A stretch of DNA of 64,000 nucleotides, taken from assembly GCA_016186715.1 (NCBI GenBank), contig JACPLA010000074.1, forward strand, positions 6,452-70,451, given 5' to 3'. The first letter of the stretch is position 1. Each line of letters starts with the position of its first letter. This DNA is from Ignavibacteriales bacterium. Lineage in GTDB: Bacteria > Bacteroidota > Ignavibacteria > UBA10030. The notes beneath the pieces are model-generated. The model did no database searches, was not told where the DNA came from, and worked only from the letters and a program-made list of their open reading frames with translations. Below are positions 1 to 8,998 of this stretch, piece after piece. The translations under genes and the position numbers were made by a program.

Positions 1-384
1 GTACTCGAGCCGGGCCATGTCGTAGGAGGGAATCGCGGGAGAATCCGGTTTCTTGAATGCGCGATCCGATTCCGGTCTCACTTCCGGCCGCGTTTCACTC
101 TGGTCGGGGCTTTGCATCTCCGGTTCTTGCTCCTCTGTTATGATCCTTTGTGAATCGTCCTCCTCTTCCGATTCCAAGTCGGGCAGGCTTCTCACCCTGA
201 CCGAAACCACCACATAGGCAATGCTTGAGCCGCTGAATGCAAACGCCAGCAGTTTCCACAGGGGGGCGGTAATCATCACCCCCGCCAAAAACACGATGAC
301 GCCCGTTAACACAATCATTTCCTGCGTTAACGTCAACCGGTTCACCCAGGAACGCACTGTGTCAAACACTCGGGCGTCTGTCAT
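1..384 (-). CDS. hypothetical membrane protein (partial; 3' end lies beyond the window edge)
   Basis: The frame is open from ATG (revcomp of 382..384) to position 1. It is absent from the ORF track because no stop is reached. The N-terminus MTDARVFDTVRSWVNRLTLTQEMIVLTGVIVFLAGVMITAPLWKLLAFAFSGSSIAYVVVSV has two hydrophobic spans followed by an acidic/Pro-rich tail. No family recognised. Confidence 0.4.
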   Translation of the reverse strand, partial: MTDARVFDTVRSWVNRLTLTQEMIVLTGVIVFLAGVMITAPLWKLLAFAFSGSSIAYVVVSVRVRSLPDLESEEEDDSQRIITEEQEPEMQSPDQSETRPEVRPESDRAFKKPDSPAIPSYDMARLEY

Positions 385-590
385 TCAAAGTGTTAAGTGT
401 AATTATAGCCCTCAAGTCTGCACAAATTTAGCCTTTTGACGGAGAAAAGTCAAGATGAAAAACAGGATATGTCCCACAACCGGTTGAAGTGTTTGGCAGT
501 TACGACGGCGAGGGGAGCGTGCCTCTCTTGCAGCAATTCGTTTTTTTACCTACTTTGCAGGAAAATTCGCACTCGCATTCGCGCCTCTCT

Positions 591-2012
591 ATGAAAGCAG
601 TGATCATGGCTGGCGGCTTCGGTACGCGTTTGCGGCCGCTTACCTGCAATATCCCCAAGCCGATGGTTCCCGTGGTCAACAAGCCGATGATGGAACACAT
701 TATCGACCTGCTGAAATCTCACGGCATCGCCGACCTCGTGGCAACGCTCTTCTACCAGCCGGAAATCATCATCGGACATTTCGGAGACGGCAGCGCCTTC
801 GGCGTGAAGCTCCAGTACCGAAAGACTGAGGCCGACCTGGGCACGGCGGGAAGCGTCAAGAACGCTGGAGATTTTCTTGACCAACGTTTTCTCATCATCA
901 GCGGCGATGTCCTTACCGATTTCGACCTCACCCGGGCGATCCGGTTTCATCAAGAACGGAAATCGAAAGCCACCGTTCTCCTGACACGGGTCGCGAATCC
1001 CCTTCAGTTCGGTGTGATCCTCACTCGCGACGACGGAAGAATTACCCGGTTTCTGGAAAAGCCGTCCTGGGGGGAGGTTTTCAGCGATACAATCAATACA
1101 GGAATTTACATCCTCGAACCCGATGTTCTTGATATGGTGCCTCAGGGCGAAGAGTTTGATTTCAGCCGAAACCTCTTTCCTGCAATGCTCGATGCGGAGA
1201 TGCCCCTGTTTGGCTATGTGAGCGAAGGATACTGGCGGGACATCGGGAATTTGCATGAATATCAGGACGCACATTTCGACGTCCTTCGCTCAGTCGTTAA
1301 AGTCCGCATCGCAGGCAAGAAAACAGGAAAGGTCTTTGCCGGAGACGGGACCAGGATAGAGACGGACGATAAGAACGTCGCCGGAACCGTCATTGTCGGA
1401 AGGAATTCCCGCATTCATTCCGGCGCCATCCTCGCCAATTCCGTCATCGGTGACGATTGTGAAATCCTTCCGGGCGCGGTGATCAGCAATTCGATTATCT
1501 GGAGCGGCTCGCAAATTGGTTCGCGCGCTGAACTGTCGTACGATGTCATCGGATCCAAGAGCATTATCGGCGACAGGACGACAATCGCAGAAAATGTCTT
1601 CATCAGCGATCAATGTGTTGTCGGAAAGAAGAGCCAGCTTCTGTCGAACATCAAGCTCTGGCCCGAAAAGGTCGTCGAGGAAGGAGCCATCGTCACCCGG
1701 AGCCTTGTGTGGGAAGATCAATGGCAGAGAGAACTTTTCAAGAATTCAACGGTCACAGGAATCTCGAACATTGAGATGAATCCGGAGTTTGCCGCAAAGC
1801 TGGGCGCGGCCTTCGGCGCCTACGTGGGCGCGGGATCGACCGTTGTTGCGAGCCGCGACGCCGACAATGTCTCTCGGATGATCAACCGGGCATTGATGTG
1901 CGGTCTCATGTCTGCCGGCGTCCATTGCAACGACCTGCGCGCAACCTCCATTCCGATTGTCCGTCATGAGTTAAAATCGGGAAAGGAAAAGGGGGGGATC
2001 CATGTCCGGTAA
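591..2012 (+). CDS. sugar-1-phosphate nucleotidyltransferase (NTP_transferase + left-handed beta-helix) fused to the start of phosphohexomutase domain I; ends at an in-frame TAA
   Basis: MKAVIMAGGFGTRLRPLT is the G-x-G-T-R-L nucleotidyltransferase signature. Hexapeptide-repeat-like IG/VG repeats follow. The C-terminal part (...STVVASRDADNVSRMI...GGIHVR*) matches PGM/PMM domain I. ATG 591 is preferred over the ORF-track start at 489. Confidence 0.85.
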   Translation: MKAVIMAGGFGTRLRPLTCNIPKPMVPVVNKPMMEHIIDLLKSHGIADLVATLFYQPEIIIGHFGDGSAFGVKLQYRKTEADLGTAGSVKNAGDFLDQRFLIISGDVLTDFDLTRAIRFHQERKSKATVLLTRVANPLQFGVILTRDDGRITRFLEKPSWGEVFSDTINTGIYILEPDVLDMVPQGEEFDFSRNLFPAMLDAEMPLFGYVSEGYWRDIGNLHEYQDAHFDVLRSVVKVRIAGKKTGKVFAGDGTRIETDDKNVAGTVIVGRNSRIHSGAILANSVIGDDCEILPGAVISNSIIWSGSQIGSRAELSYDVIGSKSIIGDRTTIAENVFISDQCVVGKKSQLLSNIKLWPEKVVEEGAIVTRSLVWEDQWQRELFKNSTVTGISNIEMNPEFAAKLGAAFGAYVGAGSTVVASRDADNVSRMINRALMCGLMSAGVHCNDLRATSIPIVRHELKSGKEKGGIHVR

Positions 2013-2093
2013 TCCCCGTTCGACAGGAACTTCACCGACATCATTTTCTTTGACAAGGACGGGAAGGATTTACCCGTCAACAAGACGAAGACC

Positions 2094-3101
2094 GTGGAGC
2101 GGCTGTTCTTTGGGGAAGACTTCCCGAGAACATCCTACGATACCGTGGGGAGCGTTGCTTTTCCCGAGCGTACCACGGAAAGCTATATCGACAGGTTTCT
2201 GGCAACAATTAACATTGATGCCATCCGGAATGCAAACCTGAAGATCGTCGTCGACTATTCCAACGGAATCGCCTCGACCATTTTCCCCAACATTCTGGGA
2301 AATCTGAACCTGCAGGTGGTTTCCCTCAATGCTTATCTGGACCGCCGCCGGCTCACCAGAAACAAGGAGCAGTTCGATGATTCGCTCAGGGAGCTTTCGT
2401 ACGTCGTCACGTCCCTGAAGTACGATATCGGCTTCACCCTCGACGCGGGGGCCGAAAAGATCTTTTGCATCGACGAGAACGGTAATCGCATAGACAGCGA
2501 TCGACTGCTCACTCTCGTGACCCGACTTTCAATTCTGGCCGATCCCGATCTGAAAACGATTGCCATTCCGATCTCCGCTTCGGGCGAAGTAGACCTCCTG
2601 GCGGAAGAACATGGCATCGCCGTGGTGCGCACACGCGAAGACCATCTGGCCTTGATGCAGGCAGCCAAGGACCAAAACATCCGGTTCGTCGGAGGGACAA
2701 AAGGGGGATTTATCTTCACCGAGTTTCTGTTCGCGTCTGACGGGATGTACTCTGTCGCCAAGCTCCTGGAATTCATTGCCGTCACCGGGAAGCGGATTGG
2801 CGACGTCGACCGCGAGACCCCGCGCTTGCATTTTGTCAAAAAAAATGTTCCTTGTTCCTGGCACATCAAGGGACGCATTATGCGGCGGCTGATGAAGGAC
2901 TCGGAGGCTATTCCCCGTCAGCTCATCGAGGGTGTCAAACTGTTTCCCAACACCGGATCACGCCACACGTCGGTGTTTCTGAATCCCGACCGATCCCGGC
3001 CGCTGTTTCATATCAACACGGAATCGGAAAGCCTCTCCACCGCGGAGAAACTCTCGCAGGAATACGAATCGAAGATTGTCCACTGGATCGCCGAAGACTA
3101 A
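2094..3101 (+). CDS. phosphoglucomutase/phosphomannomutase domains II-IV; same frame as 591..2012 and a continuation of the same gene
   Basis: Both ORF starts (489 and 2094) are divisible by 3, so they share a frame. Reading through TAA 2010..2012 gives ...GGIHVR*SPFDRNFTDIIFFDKDGKDL..., which is contiguous PMM-like sequence. The start at 2094 is only a GTG chosen by the ORF caller. Confidence 0.8.
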   Translation: MERLFFGEDFPRTSYDTVGSVAFPERTTESYIDRFLATINIDAIRNANLKIVVDYSNGIASTIFPNILGNLNLQVVSLNAYLDRRRLTRNKEQFDDSLRELSYVVTSLKYDIGFTLDAGAEKIFCIDENGNRIDSDRLLTLVTRLSILADPDLKTIAIPISASGEVDLLAEEHGIAVVRTREDHLALMQAAKDQNIRFVGGTKGGFIFTEFLFASDGMYSVAKLLEFIAVTGKRIGDVDRETPRLHFVKKNVPCSWHIKGRIMRRLMKDSEAIPRQLIEGVKLFPNTGSRHTSVFLNPDRSRPLFHINTESESLSTAEKLSQEYESKIVHWIAED

Positions 3102-3120
3102 CTCCTGAACGGAGAGACGA

Positions 3121-3591
3121 ATGAAAATTACGGACATACTGACAGAGCGGGTCGTCAGGACGAACCTCGGGGGGAAAAATAAGGAGGAGGTGCTGAACGC
3201 CGTGATCGACCTGGCCGCGACTTCCGAGAAGGTCCTGGACAAGGAAAAGGTTCGAACGGCGATCTTTGAGCGTGAGAAGATCATGTCCACCGGCGTCGGG
3301 TCGGGATTTGCCATTCCCCACGGAAAAACAGAGGCCGTGTCGGATATCGTCGGTGCCTTCGCCGTCACGGCAGAGCCCATCGACTACCAATCCCTCGACG
3401 AACAGCCGGTACGCATTATTTTCCTCCTCGTCGGACGGGACAACATGGTAGGCCCCCACATCAAACTGCTCAGCAGAATCTCCCGCCTCATGAACAAGGA
3501 TGATTTCCGGAAAAAACTCCTGGAGGCTCCTTCACCTGCGGCGGTAATGGAAATCTTCAGACAGGAAGAGGCGTCGTACTTTGAAGCGTGA
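3121..3591 (+). CDS. ptsN: PTS EIIA type-2 domain protein (nitrogen-regulatory EIIA-Ntr/PtsN-like)
   Basis: 156 aa. The motif STGVGSGFAIPHGK contains the EIIA-2 phosphorylatable His context. Size and layout are typical of PtsN. Confidence 0.8.
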   Translation: MKITDILTERVVRTNLGGKNKEEVLNAVIDLAATSEKVLDKEKVRTAIFEREKIMSTGVGSGFAIPHGKTEAVSDIVGAFAVTAEPIDYQSLDEQPVRIIFLLVGRDNMVGPHIKLLSRISRLMNKDDFRKKLLEAPSPAAVMEIFRQEEASYFEA

Positions 3592-4907
3592 TCGACATTC
3601 TCTCTTCCTCCACCTTTCGCCGCTTTCCGCTCTCCCTTACTTCTGATCCAGGCACGCGCTTGAAATACAGATCCATCAAAGGAACGAAAGATCTTCTCCC
3701 GGCCGAAACAGGCCTCTGGCACCATGTGGAAGCTGACGTCCGATACATGATGTCCGTGTTCAACTATCGGGAAATCCGGACTCCGGTGTTTGAGGCGACA
3801 TCGCTGTTTGCCCGAAGCATCGGTGAGCTCACCGACATCGTCACCAAAGAGATGTATACGTTCAACGACCGCGGCGACGAAAGTCTGACCCTTCGTCCGG
3901 AAGGGACCGCCTCGGTGCTGCGCGCATACCTTCAAAATAACCTGGGCGAACAGGCACCGTTGACGAAGCTTTATTACCTTGGTCCGATGTTCCGCCAGGA
4001 ACGTCCTCAGGCCGGCCGGCTCAGACAATTCTATCAGTTCGGCGCCGAAGCTATCGGCTCTTCCTCTCCTCTTCTCGACGTTGAAATGATGATCCTTCCT
4101 CTTGAAGTTTACAGAAACCTTGGGATCAACGACACGAAACTGGCCCTGAATTCGGTCGGATGCGAAAAATGCAGACCCCGGTACAAGAAACTCCTGATCG
4201 CCGAGTTGAAAAAAATTCAGAAGAGCCTTTCGCCAGACAGCCAAGCGCGGCTGTCTCAGAATCCGCTCCGCGTGCTTGATTCGAAGGATGAGAGAGACCG
4301 GAAATTGACCGCGGATGTTCCGCTCATAAAGGATCACCTCTGCGAGGAATGCCGACCACACTTCGAAGAAGTTCAATCGGCGTTGAATGCGCTCAACATC
4401 TCCTTTCACATAGACGGCCGGATGGTCAGGGGACTTGACTACTACACCAAAACGGCCTTTGAAATCACCCATCAATCTCTCGGATCGCAGGATGCTCTGG
4501 CCGGCGGAGGCCGGTACGATCTTCTGATTCAGGAACTCGGGGGAAAAGCAACCCCGGCAGTGGGATTCGCCGCGGGGATGGAACGGCTTATGATTGTTCT
4601 TGAGAAAAACAAAAGAGAGATCGCTTCGCCAAGTCCCAAACTCTATTTAGCCGCGCTTGACGAACCCTCACGTTCCTGGGCCTTCCGCACAGCGGTTGAC
4701 CTGCGCAAGAAAGGAATCGCTGTCGAAACCGACTATCTTGACCGCAGCCTCAAAGCGCAAATGCGCGATGCCAACCGCCTGGCTGCGGAGTACGTTGTCG
4801 TAATCGGGAGCGAAGAGTTGAAATCGGGGTCCGGGAAATTGAAGAACATGAGGTCGGGAACCGAAAGGCCGGTTTCTCTCTCCGACCTTGCCGGGGCCCT
4901 GGGGTGA
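3588..4907 (+). CDS. hisS: histidine--tRNA ligase
   Basis: KGTKDLLP, class II motifs (LRPEGTA, FRQERPQAGRLRQFYQFG, GGGRYD) and a C-terminal anticodon-binding domain. The true start may be TTG 3660 (MKYRSIKGTKD...). Confidence 0.93.
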   Translation: MIDILSSSTFRRFPLSLTSDPGTRLKYRSIKGTKDLLPAETGLWHHVEADVRYMMSVFNYREIRTPVFEATSLFARSIGELTDIVTKEMYTFNDRGDESLTLRPEGTASVLRAYLQNNLGEQAPLTKLYYLGPMFRQERPQAGRLRQFYQFGAEAIGSSSPLLDVEMMILPLEVYRNLGINDTKLALNSVGCEKCRPRYKKLLIAELKKIQKSLSPDSQARLSQNPLRVLDSKDERDRKLTADVPLIKDHLCEECRPHFEEVQSALNALNISFHIDGRMVRGLDYYTKTAFEITHQSLGSQDALAGGGRYDLLIQELGGKATPAVGFAAGMERLMIVLEKNKREIASPSPKLYLAALDEPSRSWAFRTAVDLRKKGIAVETDYLDRSLKAQMRDANRLAAEYVVVIGSEELKSGSGKLKNMRSGTERPVSLSDLAGALG

Positions 4908-4911
4908 ATCC

Positions 4912-5319
4912 ATGGCGCGCAAGAGACAAAGGGTGGAACTAGAGTACCTTCTCCGGGTGTTTCCCCATCGGGACAATCGAAAAGCCGGTCACAACGTCGT
5001 GATTTCAATCGAAACCCTGAAAGAATTCGTCAGTTTCCAATATGAAGTTCTTCTGGAGGAACGAAGAACCGACAACGAATTTTCATTCAGGATACTCGGC
5101 TTGCACGCCCCCCGGTCGGTCATGCCGGCGGTCGGCCCCGCACGCGGGATAAGAGTCCTTGGCGCGCTGAGGGGTACGTATCGTATCCGGGTATCCAAAC
5201 CGGACGGCCCCGAAAATCTTTTCTCCTTCAAGATTAGCGACACAACCATCAGGCTTCTCGAATCTCCGGAACAACCCTTTGTGCTCTTCTCCACAGAACC
5301 TATTCCAATTACCATCTGA
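4912..5319 (+). CDS. hypothetical protein
   Basis: ORF 4888..5319. ATG 4912 begins just after the hisS stop (4905..4907). No recognisable family. It is tightly packed between hisS and lgt. Confidence 0.5.
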   Translation: MARKRQRVELEYLLRVFPHRDNRKAGHNVVISIETLKEFVSFQYEVLLEERRTDNEFSFRILGLHAPRSVMPAVGPARGIRVLGALRGTYRIRVSKPDGPENLFSFKISDTTIRLLESPEQPFVLFSTEPIPITI

Positions 5320-5321
5320 CT

Positions 5322-6146
5322 ATGTATCCTATCCTATTTGAAATTGGACCGTTCACCGTGTACAGTTATGGCCTGATGCTGGCCCTCGGATTCCTTATCG
5401 CAAGCTGGATCATGACGAAGGAATACAAGCGAAAAAGCCTCGACGCAAACCTGGCCGGCAACATTACTCTGATCGCCCTCGTGACGGGAGTGATCGGAGC
5501 GAAAGTACTTTACCTTCTTGAGCATTGGAATCATTTTGTCGCCGATCCGAGCGGAATGGCTTTTTCCCCCGGCGGACTTTCGTTCTTCGGAGGATTTCTT
5601 TTGGCAACAACATCAATTTATATCTACACCCGGTCAAAAAAAATCAACTTCCTGACGGTGGCCGATGGAACGGCTCCCGGTTTGATGATGGGATACGGGG
5701 TCGCGAGGCTGGGATGCCATTTCGCCGGCGACGGCGACTACGGATTTCCAACCGATCTTCCCTGGGGAACGGATTATTCTCGCGGCACCTATCCTCCATC
5801 CGAGGCCCTCCGCAACTTCCCGGAGATCACCGGCAGGTTCCCCAACGGCGTCGTGCCTGACACAATCCTGTGTCACCCCACACCGGTGTACGAATTTCTG
5901 ATTTGTGCGCTCTTCTTTTTCGTTCTCTGGAAATACAGGACAAGAATTGCGACAACCGGAAAGCTCTTCATGTTGTATCTGACGCTGGCGGGCCTCGAAC
6001 GATTCAGCATCGAATTCCTTCGGATCAACCCCCGTGTGCTTTTTGGCCTTTCGGAATATCAGTTCATTGCCGCCGGTTTGGTTCTGGTTGGCGCCATCGG
6101 TTGGCGGCTTCTCTCCGGCAGAGGGCGCGCGTCTTCACCATCATGA
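5322..6146 (+). CDS. lgt: prolipoprotein diacylglyceryl transferase
   Basis: MYPILFEIGPFTVYSYGLMLALGFL is a typical Lgt N-terminus. The protein is multi-TM with a conserved GARLGCHFAGDG-type segment. Confidence 0.92.
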   Translation: MYPILFEIGPFTVYSYGLMLALGFLIASWIMTKEYKRKSLDANLAGNITLIALVTGVIGAKVLYLLEHWNHFVADPSGMAFSPGGLSFFGGFLLATTSIYIYTRSKKINFLTVADGTAPGLMMGYGVARLGCHFAGDGDYGFPTDLPWGTDYSRGTYPPSEALRNFPEITGRFPNGVVPDTILCHPTPVYEFLICALFFFVLWKYRTRIATTGKLFMLYLTLAGLERFSIEFLRINPRVLFGLSEYQFIAAGLVLVGAIGWRLLSGRGRASSPS

Positions 6147-6586
6147 TCACGATCGAAGTCTTGTCGAAGGACGATTGTCCCCTCTGCGACGAGGCAAAAG
6201 AGAAGCTCCATCGGATTAACAAAGAATTCGGATTCCAGATCAACCAGACCACGCTTTCTCCCGGGCAACCCGAGTATTCGCGGTTCAGGGACTCCTTCCC
6301 GGTCGTCGTAGCCCCCAATGGAAAGAAAGTCTGGGGCAAGGTCACCGAAAAGCAGATCCGCAACCTTCTCCTTTCCCTCACTCCTCCGCCGCGGCTCTAT
6401 TATATTGCAAAATTCCTGGAGGCTCTGGCCATCGTCATGGTGTTTTTCGGGTTCATGTACGGACTTTTGGGAGATATGTGGATGGATTTGTATTTGTTTC
6501 TTGGGGGAATTCTTGTTTTTGTCATCGGTTGGGGAATTGAAAAAAAGGAACAACAGAAACGACGCCAGCCCGAGCCCGGACGATGA
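6143..6586 (+). CDS. glutaredoxin/thioredoxin-fold CxxC protein with a C-terminal two-TM anchor
   Basis: MITIEVLSKDDCPLCDEAKEKL (CPLC) followed by hydrophobic spans (LEALAIVMVFFGFMYGLL, LFLGGILVFVIGWGI). ATG 6143 overlaps the lgt stop (ATGA). The upstream part of ORF-track entry 5870..6586 lies inside lgt. Confidence 0.65.
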   Translation: MITIEVLSKDDCPLCDEAKEKLHRINKEFGFQINQTTLSPGQPEYSRFRDSFPVVVAPNGKKVWGKVTEKQIRNLLLSLTPPPRLYYIAKFLEALAIVMVFFGFMYGLLGDMWMDLYLFLGGILVFVIGWGIEKKEQQKRRQPEPGR

Positions 6587-7326
6587 AGAACATCATTACA
6601 GGGCGCCAGCCCGTACTCGAGGCACTGAAGTCAGATCGGGCGGTAGAAAAAATCTTTCTTCTTTACGGCATCAAGGGGACAATCGTTGATCGGATCCGGC
6701 AACACGCAAGTCGGCGCGGCGTCCCCGTGACAGAGATGGACCGGGCCCGGTTTGAGGAGATGGCGGGGGAAGTTTCACAGGGTGTCGCAGCGCTTCTTTC
6801 GGATAAGGAATATATCGACATCGACGCGCTGTTGGGGCGCGCCCGGCAGCGAAACGAGCCTCCCTTGCTCCTGGTTCTGGACGAGATTGAAGATCCTCAT
6901 AATCTTGGGGCATTGATCCGAACCGCCGAATGCGCCGGAGTTCATGGGGTTATCCTTCCGAAGCACCACAGCGCAACCATGAATGCGACGGTGGCAAAGA
7001 CTTCGGCCGGCGCCTCGCTTCATCTGCCAGCAGCGAAAGTCAGTAACATCGCCCAGACTCTGGAACAGCTGAAGAAAAAGGGAATCTGGATTATCGGCGC
7101 GGACGCGGGGGGCGATCGGCCGTACTTCGACGCCGACTATCGCGATCCTCTAGCAATTGTCATCGGAAATGAGGGGCGGGGAATCCGCAGGCTTGTGAAA
7201 GAGAAATGCGATTTTCTGGTTCGGATACCGATCTTCGGCAAAATTGAATCACTGAACGCATCGGTGGCAGGGGCGTTAGTGATGTTTGAAGCAGCGCGGA
7301 AGAGGCACGAAAATCCGCGAACATAA
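6583..7326 (+). CDS. rlmB: 23S rRNA (guanosine-2'-O)-methyltransferase, SpoU/TrmH family (RlmB-like)
   Basis: N-terminal L30e-like substrate-binding domain plus SpoU motifs (LDEIEDPHNLGALIRTAE, IVIGNEGRGI, IPIFGKIESLNASVA). Confidence 0.85.
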   Translation: MKNIITGRQPVLEALKSDRAVEKIFLLYGIKGTIVDRIRQHASRRGVPVTEMDRARFEEMAGEVSQGVAALLSDKEYIDIDALLGRARQRNEPPLLLVLDEIEDPHNLGALIRTAECAGVHGVILPKHHSATMNATVAKTSAGASLHLPAAKVSNIAQTLEQLKKKGIWIIGADAGGDRPYFDADYRDPLAIVIGNEGRGIRRLVKEKCDFLVRIPIFGKIESLNASVAGALVMFEAARKRHENPRT

Positions 7327-7356
7327 CCTTCGGAAGGCTTAACCTTCCGAAGGTTA
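7324..7356. terminator. perfect 14-bp palindromic hairpin shared by convergent genes
   Basis: TAACCTTCGGAAGG (7324..7337), loop CTTAA, CCTTCCGAAGGTTA (7343..7356). The rlmB TAA and the minus-strand TAA of the small ORF form the base of the stem. There is no long U-tract on either side. Confidence 0.6.
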
Positions 7357-7521
7357 CCGACGACGCCGAGAGGAACCCTTGGCAGGAGTAACCTTAGCCA
7401 GGTCACGCCTGGAACTCGCCGCGAGCTTCTTCCTGAGCTCGTTCGCCTTCATAAGATATTTGTCCTTTCCCTCTCTGGGACGAACAATCATCTTCTGCCG
7501 GTTGTTAATCGTTTTCGTCAT
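7354..7521 (-). CDS. candidate small basic protein (55 aa), not in the ORF track (<60 aa)
   Basis: Hand translation gives MTKTINNRQKMIVRPREGKDKYLMKANELRKKLAASSRRDLAKVTPAKGSSRRRR*. It ends in the hairpin above. A TTTACG-17-TATAAC promoter-like element lies at 7532..7560 (minus). No family recognised. Confidence 0.3.
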   Translation of the reverse strand: MTKTINNRQKMIVRPREGKDKYLMKANELRKKLAASSRRDLAKVTPAKGSSRRRR

Positions 7522-7610
7522 TCGTTGGTTCGTTATACCGTTAATTCGTCACCGCGTAAATTCGTTGATTCATCCTGTCGTTGGTCCGTCAATTCGTCGT
7601 CTCGCCCTCA

Positions 7611-8987
7611 TCACTCCATCCCTTCCTCCTCTCCTCCCTCCTTCATCAACCCGTACCGTTTCATTTTTGTGTACAAATGACTTCGCTGAATATCCAGGGC
7701 CTCGGCTGTCTTTGAGATGTTCCATCGATGACGATCAAGCTGGCGCTTGATAAAGGCAGCCTCTGACCTTTCCTTGAATTCCTGAAATGTTCCCCCTGAA
7801 GCAAGCAAATCCCCTGTTTCCACTCCCACCGATGCCGTTGATGGCTCGAGGAGAGATGCGTCGACCGTCGTTCCTGGAGACAAAATGACGAGCCGCTCAA
7901 TCGCGTTCCGCAGCTCACGGATATTCCCGGGCCATTCTCTCTGCTCAAGGTATTTCATCGTCTCCTCCGGCACGGTTTTGGTCGCCATTCCGTTCCGACC
8001 GCAGACATCATCAACAAACGCCTTTACGAGAATCGGAACATCTTCCCTCCGTTCCCGCAGAGGCGGCACGGCGATCGGGATGACCTTGAGCCGATGATAG
8101 AGATCGTCCCTGAACTCACCATTCCTGATCGACGCTTCGATATTCTTATTGGTAGCCGCAATAACTCGGACGTCGACGGGTATGAGTTTCGTTCCTCCCA
8201 CCCGCTCGATTCTTGCCTCCTCGAGAGCACGCAGGACCTTCGCCTGTGCGCTGGGGCTCATGTCCCCGATCTCGTCCAGAAACAACGTTCCTCCATCCGC
8301 TTGCTCGAATTTCCCGATCCGTTGAGCCGTCGCTCCGGTGAACGATCCCTTCTCATGGCCGAACAACTCGGATTCGATCAGCTCGGCCGGAATAGCGGCA
8401 CAATTCACCTCGACAAACGGCTTCGCCGAGCGCTTGCTGAACCGATGGATCGCCCTTGCGACAAGTTCCTTCCCCGTGCCGTTTTCTCCTGTAATCAGAA
8501 CCCTGGCATCTGTAGGCGCCACGCGCTCGATCATCGAAAGAACGTCGCGGATTTTCCGACTCTCTCCCAGAATCTGCCACTTCCCTTCCACACTCTCTTG
8601 CAGTTTCCTGTTCTCATCAACCAGACGGGCTTGCTGCAGCGCATTGCGCACCGTAATGATCAACTTGTCCCGATCCAGTGGCTTGGAAAGAAAATCAAAC
8701 GCGCCAAGCTTCGTCGCCTCCACAGCAGTCTCAATGGTCCCATGCCCGGAAATCATGATGACGGGCATCTCCGATTTTTTCTCCTTCACCTTCTGAAGCA
8801 CCTCCAGACCGTCCATGCCGGCCATCTTAACATCGAGGAGAACCGCATCTACGATTTCGGCGCCCAACTTCTGAAGCGCCTGCTGTCCATTTTCAGCAAA
8901 CTGAATGGCATATCCTTCGTACTCCAGGATCATCTTGATCGAATCCCGAATACTCTTTTCGTCATCGACAACAAGAATCGTTTTCAT
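7611..8987 (-). CDS. sigma-54-dependent response regulator (REC + AAA+ + Fis-type HTH; NtrC/AtoC family)
   Basis: MKTILVVDDE...LLDVKMAGMDG receiver domain. Walker A GENGTGKE, GAFTGA-type loop GHEKGSFTGA, WPGNIRELRN, and a C-terminal HTH (WNISKTAEALDIQRSHLYTKMKRYGL). Confidence 0.92.
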   Translation of the reverse strand: MKTILVVDDEKSIRDSIKMILEYEGYAIQFAENGQQALQKLGAEIVDAVLLDVKMAGMDGLEVLQKVKEKKSEMPVIMISGHGTIETAVEATKLGAFDFLSKPLDRDKLIITVRNALQQARLVDENRKLQESVEGKWQILGESRKIRDVLSMIERVAPTDARVLITGENGTGKELVARAIHRFSKRSAKPFVEVNCAAIPAELIESELFGHEKGSFTGATAQRIGKFEQADGGTLFLDEIGDMSPSAQAKVLRALEEARIERVGGTKLIPVDVRVIAATNKNIEASIRNGEFRDDLYHRLKVIPIAVPPLRERREDVPILVKAFVDDVCGRNGMATKTVPEETMKYLEQREWPGNIRELRNAIERLVILSPGTTVDASLLEPSTASVGVETGDLLASGGTFQEFKERSEAAFIKRQLDRHRWNISKTAEALDIQRSHLYTKMKRYGLMKEGGEEEGME

Positions 8988-8998
8988 CGTCCTCGCTC

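Noticed and set aside
1991-1997. G7 homopolymer as a slippage or frameshift cause of the gene disruption.
   Set aside because: Homology continues in the same frame on both sides of the stop, so the lesion is a substitution-type nonsense codon and not an indel.
2010-2012. Possibility that TAA is reassigned as a sense codon in this organism.
   Set aside because: TAA ends rlmB at the expected protein length, and TAA closes the small ORF at 7354. No other conserved gene in the window contains an internal TAA.
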